64,000 nt of DNA. Origin: Balanoglossus misakiensis. Its lineage: Eukaryota > Animalia > Hemichordata. The stretch is taken from NCBI GenBank assembly GCA_040954595.2, contig CM082581.2, forward strand, positions 2,038,699 through 2,102,698. The letters are read 5' to 3'. Below are positions 51,072 to 64,000 of the stretch, in pieces; the stretch's first letter is position 1; every line of letters begins with the position of its first letter. The notes under the pieces were generated by a model that saw nothing but the letters and a program-made list of their open reading frames with translations, did not search any database and had not been told where the DNA came from. The position numbers and the translations under genes are program-made.

Positions 51072-54000
51072 AGATGATGATGATGATAGATAGTTTATTT
51101 CACCAGAAAGATGCATTTTACATAACTGGTGCGGACCAGGGAAGTAGTTCTAGTGGAACTAGTCGTGTCCCTGGCCCTAAATACATACAAATCATTGAAA
51201 CAATTAATATAATTGCCAATTCATATCACAAAACAATAGTTGGTAGTCAAACAACGCGGTGACAAAGTAAACAGGTTTATAAAAGAGGTTAAATTAATCT
51301 ATGCTCAACAGATACATTTTCAGAGAGCTTTTAAATAAATTCGTTGATTGAATTGATTTTATTTGTGTAGGAATTTCATTCCAATGCTTGGCAATAGAAT
51401 AGTATAAATTATTTTGAGATGAAGTAAGTTTTACTTTGGGAAGCGTAAACTTATCAGTAGAGGCAAATCTTGTAAAATATTTGTGTGATACAAATGAAGC
51501 ATAGCGATCTAGTGAGTGGGCGTAATGCCCTGCCTTTAGATCATACGCAAAAACACAAGTTTGAAATTTACAGAGTTTGTAAACATTAAGAATTCCAAGT
51601 TGCTGAAAAAGTGGTGCGCTATGTGTATTGGGGCTAGAAAATGTTATAAGTCTTACAAGTCTCTTTTGCAATTTGAAAATACAATCTAAATAGGTTTTAT
51701 ACGCATTTCCCCATATTTCGCTACAATACATTATATGGGGAAGGATAAGACAATTGTATAATAATAAAATTATAGACTTAGGGAGATAATGGCGTACATA
51801 TGAAATAATACCGATTTTTTGGCTAACCTTCTTAAAAATAATGTTGATGTGAGACTTCCAGGATAATGATGAGTCAAGAGTAACTCCAAGATAAACAGCA
51901 GATGAAACATTTTGTATTGGTAAATCAGAGACATATAAATCCCCCTCAGGATTAAATTTTGCCTGGGCTGTTTTGAAAATAACATAGTTTGTTTTGTCAA
52001 TATTAATAGTAAGTTTATTTGACTTACACCAGGTCTGTACTTTAGTTAGCTAAACATTCAGAGTGGCAAGATCGATTTTGTCCTGCTTATCTGAACAAAA
52101 TAAATTGGTATCATCTTCAAATAACCTGAATTGAAAATAGTCTGAGGACCTGCAGATATCATTTATATATACTAGAAAAAGAAGTGGACCTAGAATTGAT
52201 CCCTGTGGAATCCCACAGGAGATCCTTTTCACTTTTGAAGTATAATTATTGACCTTGACATACTGTTGTCGGTCTTCTATATAAGTCTTAAACCAATTAA
52301 GTGTGGATCCCCTAATCCCATAGTGGCATAGCTTAGCTAACAAAATTGTGTGGTTAATCGTATCAAATGCCTTTTTAAAATCAATAAAGATACCAAAGGT
52401 AACAAGACCGTTATCAATGTGCTTTGATATTTCAGTTGTGAGATCTGCTAAAGCTAACTTAGTACTATATTTCTTACGAAATCCATATTGGCTGTCAGTG
52501 AGAATATCAAATTTTTCGAAAAAAGAACACAGTTGCTTATTTACAATAGACTCATACAGCTTACTAAAGATTGGCAAGACAGAGATAGGTCTGTAATTTC
52601 CTATTTCATGAACACAACCCTTTTTAAAAATTGGTGTTACTCTTGCCATTTTCAGTTTCTCTGGAAAAATACCCTGTGGCAAGGAAATATTAACAATATG
52701 AGCAAATGGTTCTGTAATATAATCAGCTGCTTCCTTTACAAGTTTTGGATATATTTCATCAAAACCAGCAGCTTTACAATGGTCTAATAAATTAATTTCT
52801 CTGAGTATATCACCAGAATGCACAGGATGGAAAAAGAACGAATTAAAATGACGAATACCAAGGTAATCATTGAAATTAGTGCTACAATGTATTTGTGATG
52901 CTAGATTTTGTCCAATGTTGACAAAAAAAGAATTAAAAGCGTCAGCTATATCAATATTTTTAGTAACAAAATTCCCAGGGTTTTTGTCATCTTTTATTTT
53001 TTGTGGAGCATTAACCTTTGAATTTTTGTTCAGGATTTCATTGATGACTTGCCATTTTTTGTGGTCCTTCCCAGAGGCTACAGACAGTTGCAATTTATCA
53101 CAAAAATACTTCTTTTTTGCTCGTCGCATCAGCTTTGTTAACAGGTTGCGATAAAGTTTGTACTCTTGATGAATAGATGAGCTTGCAGAATGGCGTTTTG
53201 TTTTGGAGAACATCTTATGCTTGTTTTTAATTGAGACCAGAAGTCCTTTTGTGATCCATGGTTTCCGTAAGCGCTTACGCTGGTTTGAACACCGTTTGAC
53301 TGGCACGTGTCTTGTTGCCATATCATGAAACAATTTGTAAAAGGTATTATAGGCAACATTCGGATCATTAGAGTCGTAAACATCCTGCCAAGAAATATTT
53401 GCAAAGTCATTTTTATAAGAAACTGGATCAAATGAAGAAAAATCACACTTGAAATCAGTTGTTTCAACATTGAATACATGGCGTAAATCCTTAAAGATGG
53501 CAAAGATGGGATAATGGTCACTTATATCAGTCTGTATTATAACACACCATGCAGCGAACCCTCGATCGTGATTCGTCAATACGACGTCACGTGACATTAG
53601 TCATTTCGAACTGTTGCCTAGGGCATCAGTTCGATCGGTTTGGTGTGTTATAAAACACATGATGACTGACATATTCGGGCAACAGTGTATTTTTAATGAC
53701 CTCGGGACTGCCAGTCACACCAAAACAGTCTGTTTCCCTCGGGCTATGCCCTCGGGAAAACAAGACTGTTTTAGTTGTGACTAGCAGCACCTCGGTCATC
53801 AAAATACACTGTTGCCCTCATTGTCAGTCATCATGTGTATACTGTCTCACTTTCAATGAACTGGTCACGAAAATTTACATGACAATGATCTATTAATGTG
53901 TAGCGATATATTCATTAAAGACAGTGTTATCGCCATCTATATTTATATTGAAATCCCCTAGTAAAACGCATTTTTTGTTGGTAATGCGTAGATTATCAAG

Positions 54001-55006
54001 ACAATCTGATAAACTGGTTAAAAATTCCTGAGTAGGTGTATTTGGTCTGTGATATATGACACCTATGATGACCTTGCTTTTTTCAAGTAGGATTTCAACA
54101 AAAAGACATTCGCAATGTTGGAGAACAACTGAGTCTATTATAGAGTATGATAACGACTCGTGTAAATAGAGACCAACACCTCCTCCTCTGGAAACAGCTC
54201 TACATTTATGAACAAAGTTGTATGAAGGGAGGTTATATAATGATGCATCAACACCTGGGTCTAGCCATGTTTCACTGAGGGCAATGACAGAAAATTTGCA
54301 TTTCAATAGCGACAGAACAACTGACAAGTCATCAAAGTGACGTCTGATCGATCTAATATTCAAATGAAGAGTTGAAAATGACTGCAGAGTCAGAAGGGAA
54401 TCGTTTGCATTAAATTCGTCCAAAGTATAAGACTTACAATTATAGTTACTTTGCAAGAAGTGGTCTGTGGTTTCGCCGATGATGAGTTTGCTTGTACACT
54501 ATGATGTAGTAGTTAAAGGACGCCTAGCAGATTTTGGCGAGACTTTCCTCATTCGGAATGTAGACAGTTGGTGACCCGTCGACTTTCTTTGTCAGGATTT
54601 TTCCGTATTGCGTCCACAAGTATTTCCATCCATATTCTTTTCTTCTGGCATTTACCTTTGTGAATAAAGATCTTCGTCCTGGTGTCAGATTTTCGTTGAT
54701 GTATATCTTGTTTTCTACTTGGTAGCCAATGTCCGATGTTTTGAAGCGAGACATATTTTTGCGTTGCTTGTAGACCGCGTCACGAATTTTTCTTCTGGTG
54801 AAACGCACAATGATTGCGGCAGGAAACCGGGTATTGGTACCGTGGTCAATGTGTTCATTGCCGAGTGCTTGACGTTTCTTGATTCGATGTGACACGTCAA
54901 TATCTGAACTGGTTATGTCTTTTTCTATGAGTTGGATGACTTTCAGGGCTACTGTATCAGTATTTTCATTTGGCAATTCTGGTATGCCTCTTATTTCAAG
55001 ATACAC
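51072..55006 (-). mobile_element. CR1/L2-group LINE, copy B: partial ORF1 (54524-55006) and disrupted ORF2
   Basis: ORF1 RRM motifs (LEIRGIP, VSHR, YINENLT); EN motifs (LNIRSI, SETW, GDFN, SDH); RT with FEDD and a stop at 52050-52052; microsatellite tail. Confidence 0.92.
53540..53893. mobile_element. Palindromic insertion interrupting the endonuclease domain of LINE copy B
   Basis: ~185-bp imperfect palindrome centred on CCCTCGGGCTATGCCCTCGGG; EN homology stops on both sides. Confidence 0.7.
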
Positions 55007-56838
55007 CTACGAACCTCTCAATTTAACCAAGCTATTGTGCATTTCTCGACCAAGCATACAAAATTAAACAATATGCGTTGTAACACACCAAAGCGGTAGA
55101 GTCCAGGACTGAACCAAGAGCACAGAGAATTTAAATGTTTAAATCAATTACTACTTAGAGAGAAATCATGGCTTAATCTCAGTTCAAATTGCATATTAGT
55201 GCTGAACGTCCACTTTAGCTTAGACATCGCAACCATTAGCATGAAGCCCGAGTAATTAGTCAGCTATGTGAAAAATACAATGTTTCAAACTTTTAAGATT
55301 TTTAAAATTTTGTTGGTGACCCTTCCATGTTGCTATGCTCAACTTCGCCTTTGAAACCCAAAATGCATAACGGCAACAGAATCCAATGGTTTGAATGATG
55401 GATTCTCGCTCTTACTGTTAGACAGTAATACCGCAATGCATTGTGGTAACAGTATCCAGCGGTATCCACAAAGGATTCTGAAATGTATTCTCAAATACCA
55501 AAGATTTGTGGATACTGTGAGAATCCATTGTATATTCTTATGCTGGATACCATCTAGAGGATATCGAAGGATTCTCTGTGGATTCCATTGTATATTGTAA
55601 GAATCCATCAAAATGGATTCTGTTGTAACTCGATGGATACGGAACATTTCACACAGTGAAAACTTGTGCACATGTAAAGTGGGAAAGAATATTTTGACAC
55701 ATGACTTATGGATATCATATGTATAAACTTGCAGCAAGTTATTTGTAATGTCAATGGAAGAAAGAACAGGACGAAGATACTTTAGCCATCGCCCAAGAAA
55801 TCTTATCATCTTACTGTTAAACACCACATACCTAAATAGAGAATAATGTATATGTATTACACGAAAAATTAAACTGTATTTACTAAGTGAACATCTACAA
55901 GAAAAGTAATTGCTGTTAGAAATTAGCAAATGGTTATTTCGAGTATAACACGCAACCGGCCCGGGCGACGATGCATTTCAAGGCTCAGGTAGCCAGAGCC
56001 TATCGCAACACAGTAAGTGCACGATATGTGCACACATGGATATTTCTCTGTCAATTAATGTGCAGTTGCGCTATATGCTAACAGAGAGGTCCCAAAATAG
56101 GCGTACATGATTTCAGAGATGCTAGTTCATTAAATCTTTATCGAAGCTTCTCCATGCAACTGGAAAACATCTTTGTTGGCCTTGTAACTGTCATAAGTCG
56201 CTGGCTATGAAACAGACACTCTATTCAACAAAAGTGCATTTTCCGTCATTAATCTCTATAATAAAACTGGCACAACTATCTGTAACTTGTGACTATTTTG
56301 TCAGTTTTATTGTTCTGTGTGTAAACCATGGTTTCTTGTTCGGCTCCCTATATCAGGATTAGTATTTGTCTTCTCAACTCTACCAGCATGTGTTTTTGTT
56401 GACAAAAAATGCATTCAAGCCCGGACTTGAATGCATTTCTTAATAGTAAGAATGGTCTACACACGTAAACATGACTTGTTGACTCATAGACATTTTGGGA
56501 TAAATTCCAGGCAGGAGAACAAGAAAATGTGTGATGTGGTTGAAACATAAAACAAAAATTCTGAGAGAAGAACCAGATTCAAATAAATGCCCGTTAATGC
56601 ATTTATTTAAACCAATTTGAGAAAAAATGAAACAAATAACGCAAGTGAGGTTGAACTATTAAGCTTAGAATATTTATTTCCAGGTAATTGTCATATGTAA
56701 ATGGCTTCAGTGTGATATTTTTGCATCCTGCATCGTATCATGGACAGTCATCTCAACATATAACTGTTATGTCAGAATGAAAGTCAGGATGAAAATTACT
56801 GTTAGGGACATTTTTAAAGAAAAACGCATGTATGATCA

Positions 56839-58143
56839 TGGCTAACCTTCTTTAAAATAATGTTGATGTGAGACTTCCAGGATAATGATGAGTCAAGAGT
56901 AACTCCAAGATAAACAGCAGATGAAACATTTTGTATTGGTAAATCAGAGACATATAAATCCCCCTTAGGATTAAATTTTGCCTGGGCTGTTTTGAAAATA
57001 ACATAGTTTGTTTTGTCAATATTAATAGTAAGTTTATTTGACTTACACCAGGTCTGTACTTTAGTTAGCTAAACATTCAGAGTGGCAAGATCGATTTTGT
57101 CCTGCTTATCTGAACAAAATAAATTGGTATCATCTTCAAATAACCTGAGTTGAAAATAGTCTGAGGACCTGCAGATATCATTTATATATACTAGAAAAAG
57201 AAGTGGACCTAGAATTGATCCCTGTGGAATCCCACAGGAGATCCTTTTCACTTTTGAAGTATAATTATTGACCTTGACATACTGTTGTCGGTCTTCTATA
57301 TAAGTCTTAAACCAATTAAGTGTGGATCCCCTAATCCCATAGTGGCATAGCTTAGCTAACAAAATTGTGTGGTTAATCGTATCAAATGGCTTTTAAAAAT
57401 CAATGAAGATACCGTTATCAATGTGCTTTTTCAGTTGTGAGATCTGCTAAAGCTAACTTGGTACTAAATTTCTTACGAAATCCATATTGGCTGTTAGTGG
57501 GAATATCAAATTTTTCAAAAAAAGAACACAGTTGCTTATTTACAATAGACTCGTACAGCTTACTAAAGATTGGCAAGACAGAGATAGGTTTGTAATTTCC
57601 TATATCATGAACACAACCCTTTTTAAAAATTGGTGTTACTCTTGCCATTTTCAGTTTCTCTGGAAAAATACCCTGTGACAAGGAAATATTAACAATATGA
57701 GCAAATGGTTCTGTAATATAATCAGCTGATTCCTTTACAAGTTTTGGATAAATATCATCAAAACCAGCAGCTTTACAATGATCTAATACATTAATTTCTC
57801 TGAGTATATCACCAGAATGCACAGGATGGAAAAAGAAAGAATGAAAATGACGAATACCAAGGCAATCATTGAAATTAGCGCTACAATGTATTTGTGATGC
57901 TAGATAGCGCTACAATGTATTTGTGATGCTAGATTTTGTCCAATGTTGACAAAAAAAAAATTAAAGGCGTCAGCTATATCAATATTTTTAGTAACAAAAT
58001 TCCCGGGGTGTTTGTCATCTTTTATTTTTTGTGGAGCATTAACCTTTGAATTTTTGCTCAAGATTTCATTGATGACTTGCCATTTTTTGTGGTCCTTCCC
58101 AGAGGCTACAGACAGTTGCAATTTATCACAAAAATACTTCTTT
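56839..58143 (-). mobile_element. LINE copy C, internal RT fragment
   Basis: Near-identical to 51820-53113; lacks both ends. Confidence 0.9.
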
Positions 58144-58444
58144 GTGTGGTTGAACTATAAGGCTAAGAATATTTATCTCCAAGTACATGTGTATATGTAG
58201 TGAATGAACGATCAACCACAGACAACTTCCATCCCACTTGTAGATACGAGAGTGAAAAATCACGCCAATATAAATAATTGGTCTCTACCATCAATTCATG
58301 TTGGGTGAGGTTCTACTCTCTTATCATACAAGCAGGATGGAAGTTGTGTGTGATTGAACGTCCATTCACTACATATTCACATGTACATTAACATAAACGG
58401 TATCTTGTATCAAACATAATTGATGGAAAAGGGCAGCAAGAGAG

Positions 58445-58700
58445 AGGACTTTGTCCCTTTAAGATTACATATCAACGGAAAATGGTCAGATCCAAACACT
58501 GTAGGGATTTCAAACCGAGTGATATACAGAAACAATCTTGTTGAAATACAACAATAATTCACTGTACTTCTACCTCTGTTTGCTATACAAGTACAGTTAC
58601 CATCCTCGTCTCCGGGAACTCTCCCATTTAAACAAAATGAACAGAAAGTGTACAACACAATGATATCAAACTTAGACCGAATTTTTTTAGTTTTATGTTT
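58445..58700 (-). mobile_element. Relic APE endonuclease of a third LINE
   Basis: LNGRVPGD..GNCTC...GRSTVNY...SDHFPL motifs in ORF 58410..58856. Confidence 0.7.
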
Positions 58701-59029
58701 TGACTGTCGTGGGATTGTATAGTGAGACTTTCCCTCTCTGAGACCTCTCGCCGCAGCAGAAGTAATTTTGCATGTATGCCTTAGGTGGGATATTGTGGTA
58801 TAGGATAACGTTACATCGTACCTGAATTCGATACAATGTGCTGATGGCGTAAACATGCTACGAAACTCGATGCTTTATTCTTCTGTGCGGCACGCGAATT
58901 CTATCAGCCATCTGGTGCGTGCACAGAACAACTCACATTCGCGTTTGGTATCTTCACTAACAACCATCCACTCCCTTGCAATTGTCACGAGATTTGCTCG
59001 ACATTTCCGCAGTTTACACGTCTCCCAAG

Positions 59030-59690
59030 ATATATCTAATGCCAACATCAATAAAAGACTTGGACACACCCCTTTGTCTATATATGGGAATATACAAATT
59101 AGAAGTATTGTATTCCTTTAAATTCAGTACTACATTCTTGGTTTCCGACGATTAAACAAGCATGCTTCTTCCAAAATATATCTAATAACAACATCAATAA
59201 AAGACTTGGACACACCCCTTTGTCTATATATGGGAATATACAAATTAGAAGTATTGTATTCCTTTAAATTCAGTACTACATTCTTGGTTTCCGACGATTA
59301 AACAAGCATGCTTCTTCCAAAATATATCTAATAACAACATCAATAAAAGACTTGGACACACCCCTTTGTCTATATATGGGAATATACAAATTAGAAGTAT
59401 TGTATTCCTTTAAATTCAGTACTACATTCTTGGTTTCCGACGATTAAACAAGCATGCTTCTTCCAAAATATATCTAATAAAAACATCAATAAAAGACTTG
59501 GACACACCCCTTTGTCTATATATGGGAATATACAAATTAGAAGTATTGTATTCCTTTAAATTCAGTACTACATTCTTGGTTTCCGACGATTAAACAAGCA
59601 TGCTTCTTCCAAAATATATCTAATAAAAACATCAATAAAAGACTTAGACACACGTTGTTTACCATATATGGGATTATTTAAATTAGAGGT
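59030..59690. repeat. 146-bp tandem repeat, about 4.4 copies, nearly identical
   Basis: AACATCAATAAAAGACTT recurs at 59044, 59190, 59336, 59482 and 59628. Confidence 0.95.
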
Positions 59691-59952
59691 TGATTATTCT
59701 TTTACCCCTTTCACCACTATAGTCCAGTCCAAACCAGTTGTTTTCCATGGGAAGGTTGGACATCTATAGAGGGGTCTGGGCTTGAAAGGGTTAAATTCAA
59801 CACATGTAGTACTCTAGAGGCAATTGTACATAAAGTCGATCGAAAAAACATGACGCCTATTGTATGATGGAATAATCTTGTGCGCACATGAGAGAAGCGG
59901 TTTTAAAGGCGTGGATATACCACGTCACACACGTCACTATATTCGCTCAACA

Positions 59953-61150
59953 ATGGGATAACTACATCGATGGCTGTGCTACTTTAGTATTGTATCCGTG
60001 GTAATTTTCTCACATACCGAGGTGACAGTGAACGGTATTGTAGACAATTTTCATGTTTTCCACTTTAATGTATTCCTGATGGTAATCTCAGTATAAGAGT
60101 AGCAGTGTTTAACAACTTCATTATCTTGCCATAGACATGTCATTTCGAGGAAAGTGACAATGATCACAAATCATAACAGTTTTGAATTCTGTTATTAAAT
60201 GTCAGAATATACGTTCAATCTATGTACCATCAGTTGCCAACACTATAAATACTTGAAGTTAATGTAGACAATACACGTTTTTAAATTAACGTGCACATTC
60301 TAGTTCAGATTTAGAACTGTACTGCCAACACAAGATCTTAATCATGTTTGTAAATGCCATGTGTTTCAGCCCAAGAGCTTATATCCCTGATCGAAAATGA
60401 GTTGAAACTTTCCAACTATGAAACAACGTGGCTGGAAGCAAAAAGAGCATGTGAGCAGGACAGTGGGCATCTGTTGAGGTTTTACGACCAAGAGACCATG
60501 AATATAGTTGTCAGCTTTATAGCGTTATTGGTTTGGCGAGGTGATGTCCTACCACATTCCGGTAAAGAGTAATAGAGTACCCAACTTTGTCATTACTGCT
60601 TGTTCATACGAACGATGTCTTCTCACTCAGAAGTATAATTGTTGTAATAATCAACATGACTTTTAAAGTAAACAAATCTACATGTATTACTCAACGTTCA
60701 ACATGCTTTTCCTCTTTGCAATGGTTTACAGAATTCGTTTGGATCGACGCCAATGATAGAGAGACTAATGGTCACTTTGTTCACTCAGACGGTTCGAGTA
60801 TAGATATAAGTATCGCAGTAATGGATTTGGTGTTTGGAACAGACACCAATTACGGTGCACATTGTGGTGTAATATGGTAATGTTGTTTTAATTTTAAAGG
60901 GGTCTGACCTGACCTGCGTGTTGTGCGATTTATATTTGCAACGAGATCTCTATTGGCGAGGCCTTTGATGTAGAACGGCTAATATGACAGAACCCCACCA
61001 CCAGATGGATCAAGCGCGGTATTTGAACGAGTGCTGGTGGTGTATTCTGTTGCAGCACGATCTCGCCATCGGGTTCTGTTATTATTACATATGATACTCC
61101 CATTTTAGACGAAAACATCGAAAACACCATAAGAACACCATCCGAAAATT
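59953..61150 (+). pseudogene. C-type lectin domain gene, probably degenerate (exons 59953-60034, 60370-60561, 60732-60876)
   Basis: TWLEAKRACEQDSGHL, VWIDANDRETNGHF..SDG and HCGVI motifs with matching splice phases; the signal-peptide-like exon has TAA at codon 3. Confidence 0.7.
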
Positions 61151-63797
61151 AAAGAAACGAGATCAGGCAACGATATTGGTTGTTTCGTGGACAGGTCACA
61201 CTACGATGATATCACAATTTTTTATAGGCTAGTTACACCACACTCCCATCTTTCATTGGACAATGTTGTTTACTAGTCATACAACTAGTGGCACCCAGAA
61301 ATGTATACATCGCCATGCCAGAGGAACATACATTGTATAACGACATAACAAGATAATTGAAAAGATTCCTACAACACAACCTGAAAAACCTGTCCTAAAT
61401 ATCAGCAAGTAACCTAGCACAACGACTGCGACTTTCACAGATGTCGGCATCAGTATGTCGCAAACAGGATACTGCAAGTGTCAGATGAAGAAACGGGGTG
61501 TAAACGTAAACGGCAGGCCATATGTAATATATGTAATATAGCTTTATCAATACCAGTGAATTTTGAGACGTCATAGCTATACATTATTACTTATAATGTA
61601 TCGTTATTCGATGGACGCGCGACGCGCCCAAGAACCAGTGGACGTGTACAATTTCCGACTGAATAACGGAGGATTTCGAACAATGCGAACATTTTAAGGG
61701 GTAAAAAAAGAAATGCAAACATAAACAGAATAAATACGGCGATATTTATTAATTTCCAAACCCGACCTCGAACGGCGATTTGTTTATTTTTTTCTTCCTA
61801 CTGCGTCGGTACATGTCGTCTGCTCTTGAATCACGCGCAGTCAACATGGCTCGCTCACGCACGTAAAGCAAACCTCTCGATGATGATGCTGGATTTGACA
61901 TTCGTTCACCATACATACCGTGTACCATGTACCAAGCAGTCATGTCAACGAAGCTATACGTAAACAAATTATGCCGCAAGTGTCACTGTCATGTTGTCTA
62001 CGTGGTACGGAAGGTCGATCGAGGGCGAGTTTGTTTATGTATTGCAACCTTCGGAGCGCCCGTATACGTGAACTTTCCCGAGAACGCAAACGAATTTTTA
62101 CTCGTTGCGGATTTAATTTTGAAATTCAGGAAAACGGAATTTGAAAACAGGTAAAAAGCAACATGCTTTACTAAAAAAAAAACGGTTATCCATTCCACTT
62201 TTTGTTGCATCCACTATAAACTAAACCTATCACAAGCAAGAAGTCATAGTTGTCCGGCCTGACATCAATTCTATTTTTTACGTCAATAAAGGTTTTCTGT
62301 AAAGAGTATTGTGGATAGATGGTATGCATTTGCATACAGAGGATAAATGGACGCACTATGATGGGACACCACTGACTTACTTACCATGGGCGGACCACCA
62401 GCCATACGGTAGCCCTTGGAGAACATGTATTCGAGCGGATTTGTAATTATTTATTTGTCTTCACCAAACCATGTTTCCCTAGCAGAATATTGGTGAATGT
62501 AACACCATCACAATTAGACACTCTAACGCAATGTATCCACAGTAAACAGTTTCGTCTGGATAAGGTGTACTGCTATGTTAACTAGAAAATGTACAGTGAC
62601 TGCGCGTCCGTGATCTGTTGTCTCCATCTATAAGTAGAGCACATATGTGCATCAAGTTGAGTAAGGATGTGTAGCTTAGGCCGACGATCATCTTATGCGC
62701 ATGTGCGTACTTTCGTATGTACAAACAATACGTCCAACCCAAATGTTCTGCAAAGTTTGCCTTTGGCACATTCAAATAGTTGGCTGCATCCGCATCCTTT
62801 CTTATTGCATGGGCGCCGAATATGAGACTTTAGATTTGTCCCTTCGTTTAATCCAATTTGTTGTCTGTTCCTGATCTCCAACACAGACTAGTCTCCGCCA
62901 TCTTGTCTGTTGTTATAACAGCATACTGCCCGAGTCTCTAGTTTGGCTCATGCGCATAAGGCGTTCGTCGCCCTTTAATGAAGCCTAAGGAATGTGACAC
63001 AATTCAGATTCAGCTGATAACATGTTTTAATGATTTTTCCTGATAATCGTATTGAACAGAATTAGTAACGATTTTTTATTGTAATTTTTTAGAGCCACAA
63101 AATTGTACATTTTGGATGATTGTCTACTTTAACGAAGATTTGTCTGTCGATATGGTAGGTGTATATGTTAAACTTTATCAAATCGTTCAACAGTAAACCA
63201 GAGACTCCCATGCAAATTGGTTAAGCAATACTTTTTGTATGAAGTAAAGACGAATGGCGACCTTTTAGGATTTTGGTCGGGTTTCTAATGTGTGCAGTTT
63301 CATTGTATTGCAAAGTTGTGGCGTAATAATTGTACCATGTTTGTTAATATGTTGAACTCTAAATAGATGTAACTTGAGTCACGAACGGTTGCGACATGCA
63401 AGTACTGAAATGTCGCCATCTCAGGAAAGAACTGCATCGCCACTTCTTGTATTGGTTCTCTCTTGCGTGTCTAATAAAACCTTCGTCGCGAGAACGTTAC
63501 ATTATCCACATTACCGGCAGACAAAATAAGTGTAAACGTCCTCCAAAAATAAACGGGAAACCCGTTTTACTAAGAGGTGTATCCGATCTGCACCATCGAT
63601 TTATTGCAGTTTGAATGAATGATGTTACCAGAAATTGCAATATTCAGCGTGGCAGTTTCTTGTCAGATATGGACCTAACATGCTTCAATGAATCACTAAT
63701 ACAAGCCGAAGTAAACATGGCGCCCTTTTGTGACCCAACGCTTCTTTGAATACCACTTATCCTAAACCAGTTATATCTTGTGGGTTTTACATTACAG

Positions 63798-64000
63798 GTG
63801 AACCAGTGTCGAATACACCTGGGTATACAGACCATGTTAGCTCTGATGTTACTGACACCAGTTATTCAAAAATGTCAACAGATGTCACAGAAGATACTGG
63901 CGCTGATGCTAAATCTGAAACTAGAATGACTGAAACAGAATCCTCGTTAGAGTTAACCGTAATGCAGCGATACGAAACGACAGATAACGATGTTCTGACA
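63798..64000 (+). CDS. Ser/Thr/Asp/Glu-rich exon (mucin-like stalk), runs off the window
   Basis: TTACAG acceptor, then an open frame EPVSNTPGYTDHVSSDVTDTSYSKMSTDVTEDTG... to the window end. Confidence 0.45.

Larger units (their letters stand above)
49797..55658. mobile_element. CACTG-ended (EnSpm/CMC-type) non-autonomous DNA element hosting LINE copy B
   Basis: TIR CACTGTGTGAAAT / ATTTCACACAGTG, AA on both flanks, many subterminal GGATTC/GAATCC repeats at both ends. Confidence 0.72.

Noticed and set aside
55339-55929. 196-aa minus-strand ORF
   Set aside because: Non-ATG start, spans the subterminal repeats of the CACTG element, no domain recognised.

Overview
Eukaryotic, AT-rich, intron-rich DNA, probably from a marine invertebrate (inferred from the gene and TE content; species not determinable). 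The left 37 kb holds a minus-strand ankyrin-ROC-COR (Roco / DAPK-like) locus. Its ankyrin region is built from 15 near-identical phase-0/0 exons of 99 or 102 nt, each encoding one repeat, plus 3 divergent ankyrin or cap exons and a relic exon. Variation among these exons concentrates at ankyrin ligand-binding positions. Two cassette exons carry stops and the ROC/COR exons carry a stop and two frameshifts, so this copy is probably a pseudogene or an exon reservoir. Three introns of the array contain 11 copies of a ~1.43-kb Helentron/HINE-like element. These are arranged as strictly nested stacks (4+4+3 bodies followed by 4+4+3 terminal hairpins in reverse order), not as tandem repeats. A full-length LINE with a 2A-like peptide in ORF1 sits in another array intron. 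The right part holds three copies of a second LINE family, a CACTG-type DNA element, MITEs, a 146-bp tandem repeat and a degenerate plus-strand C-type lectin gene.
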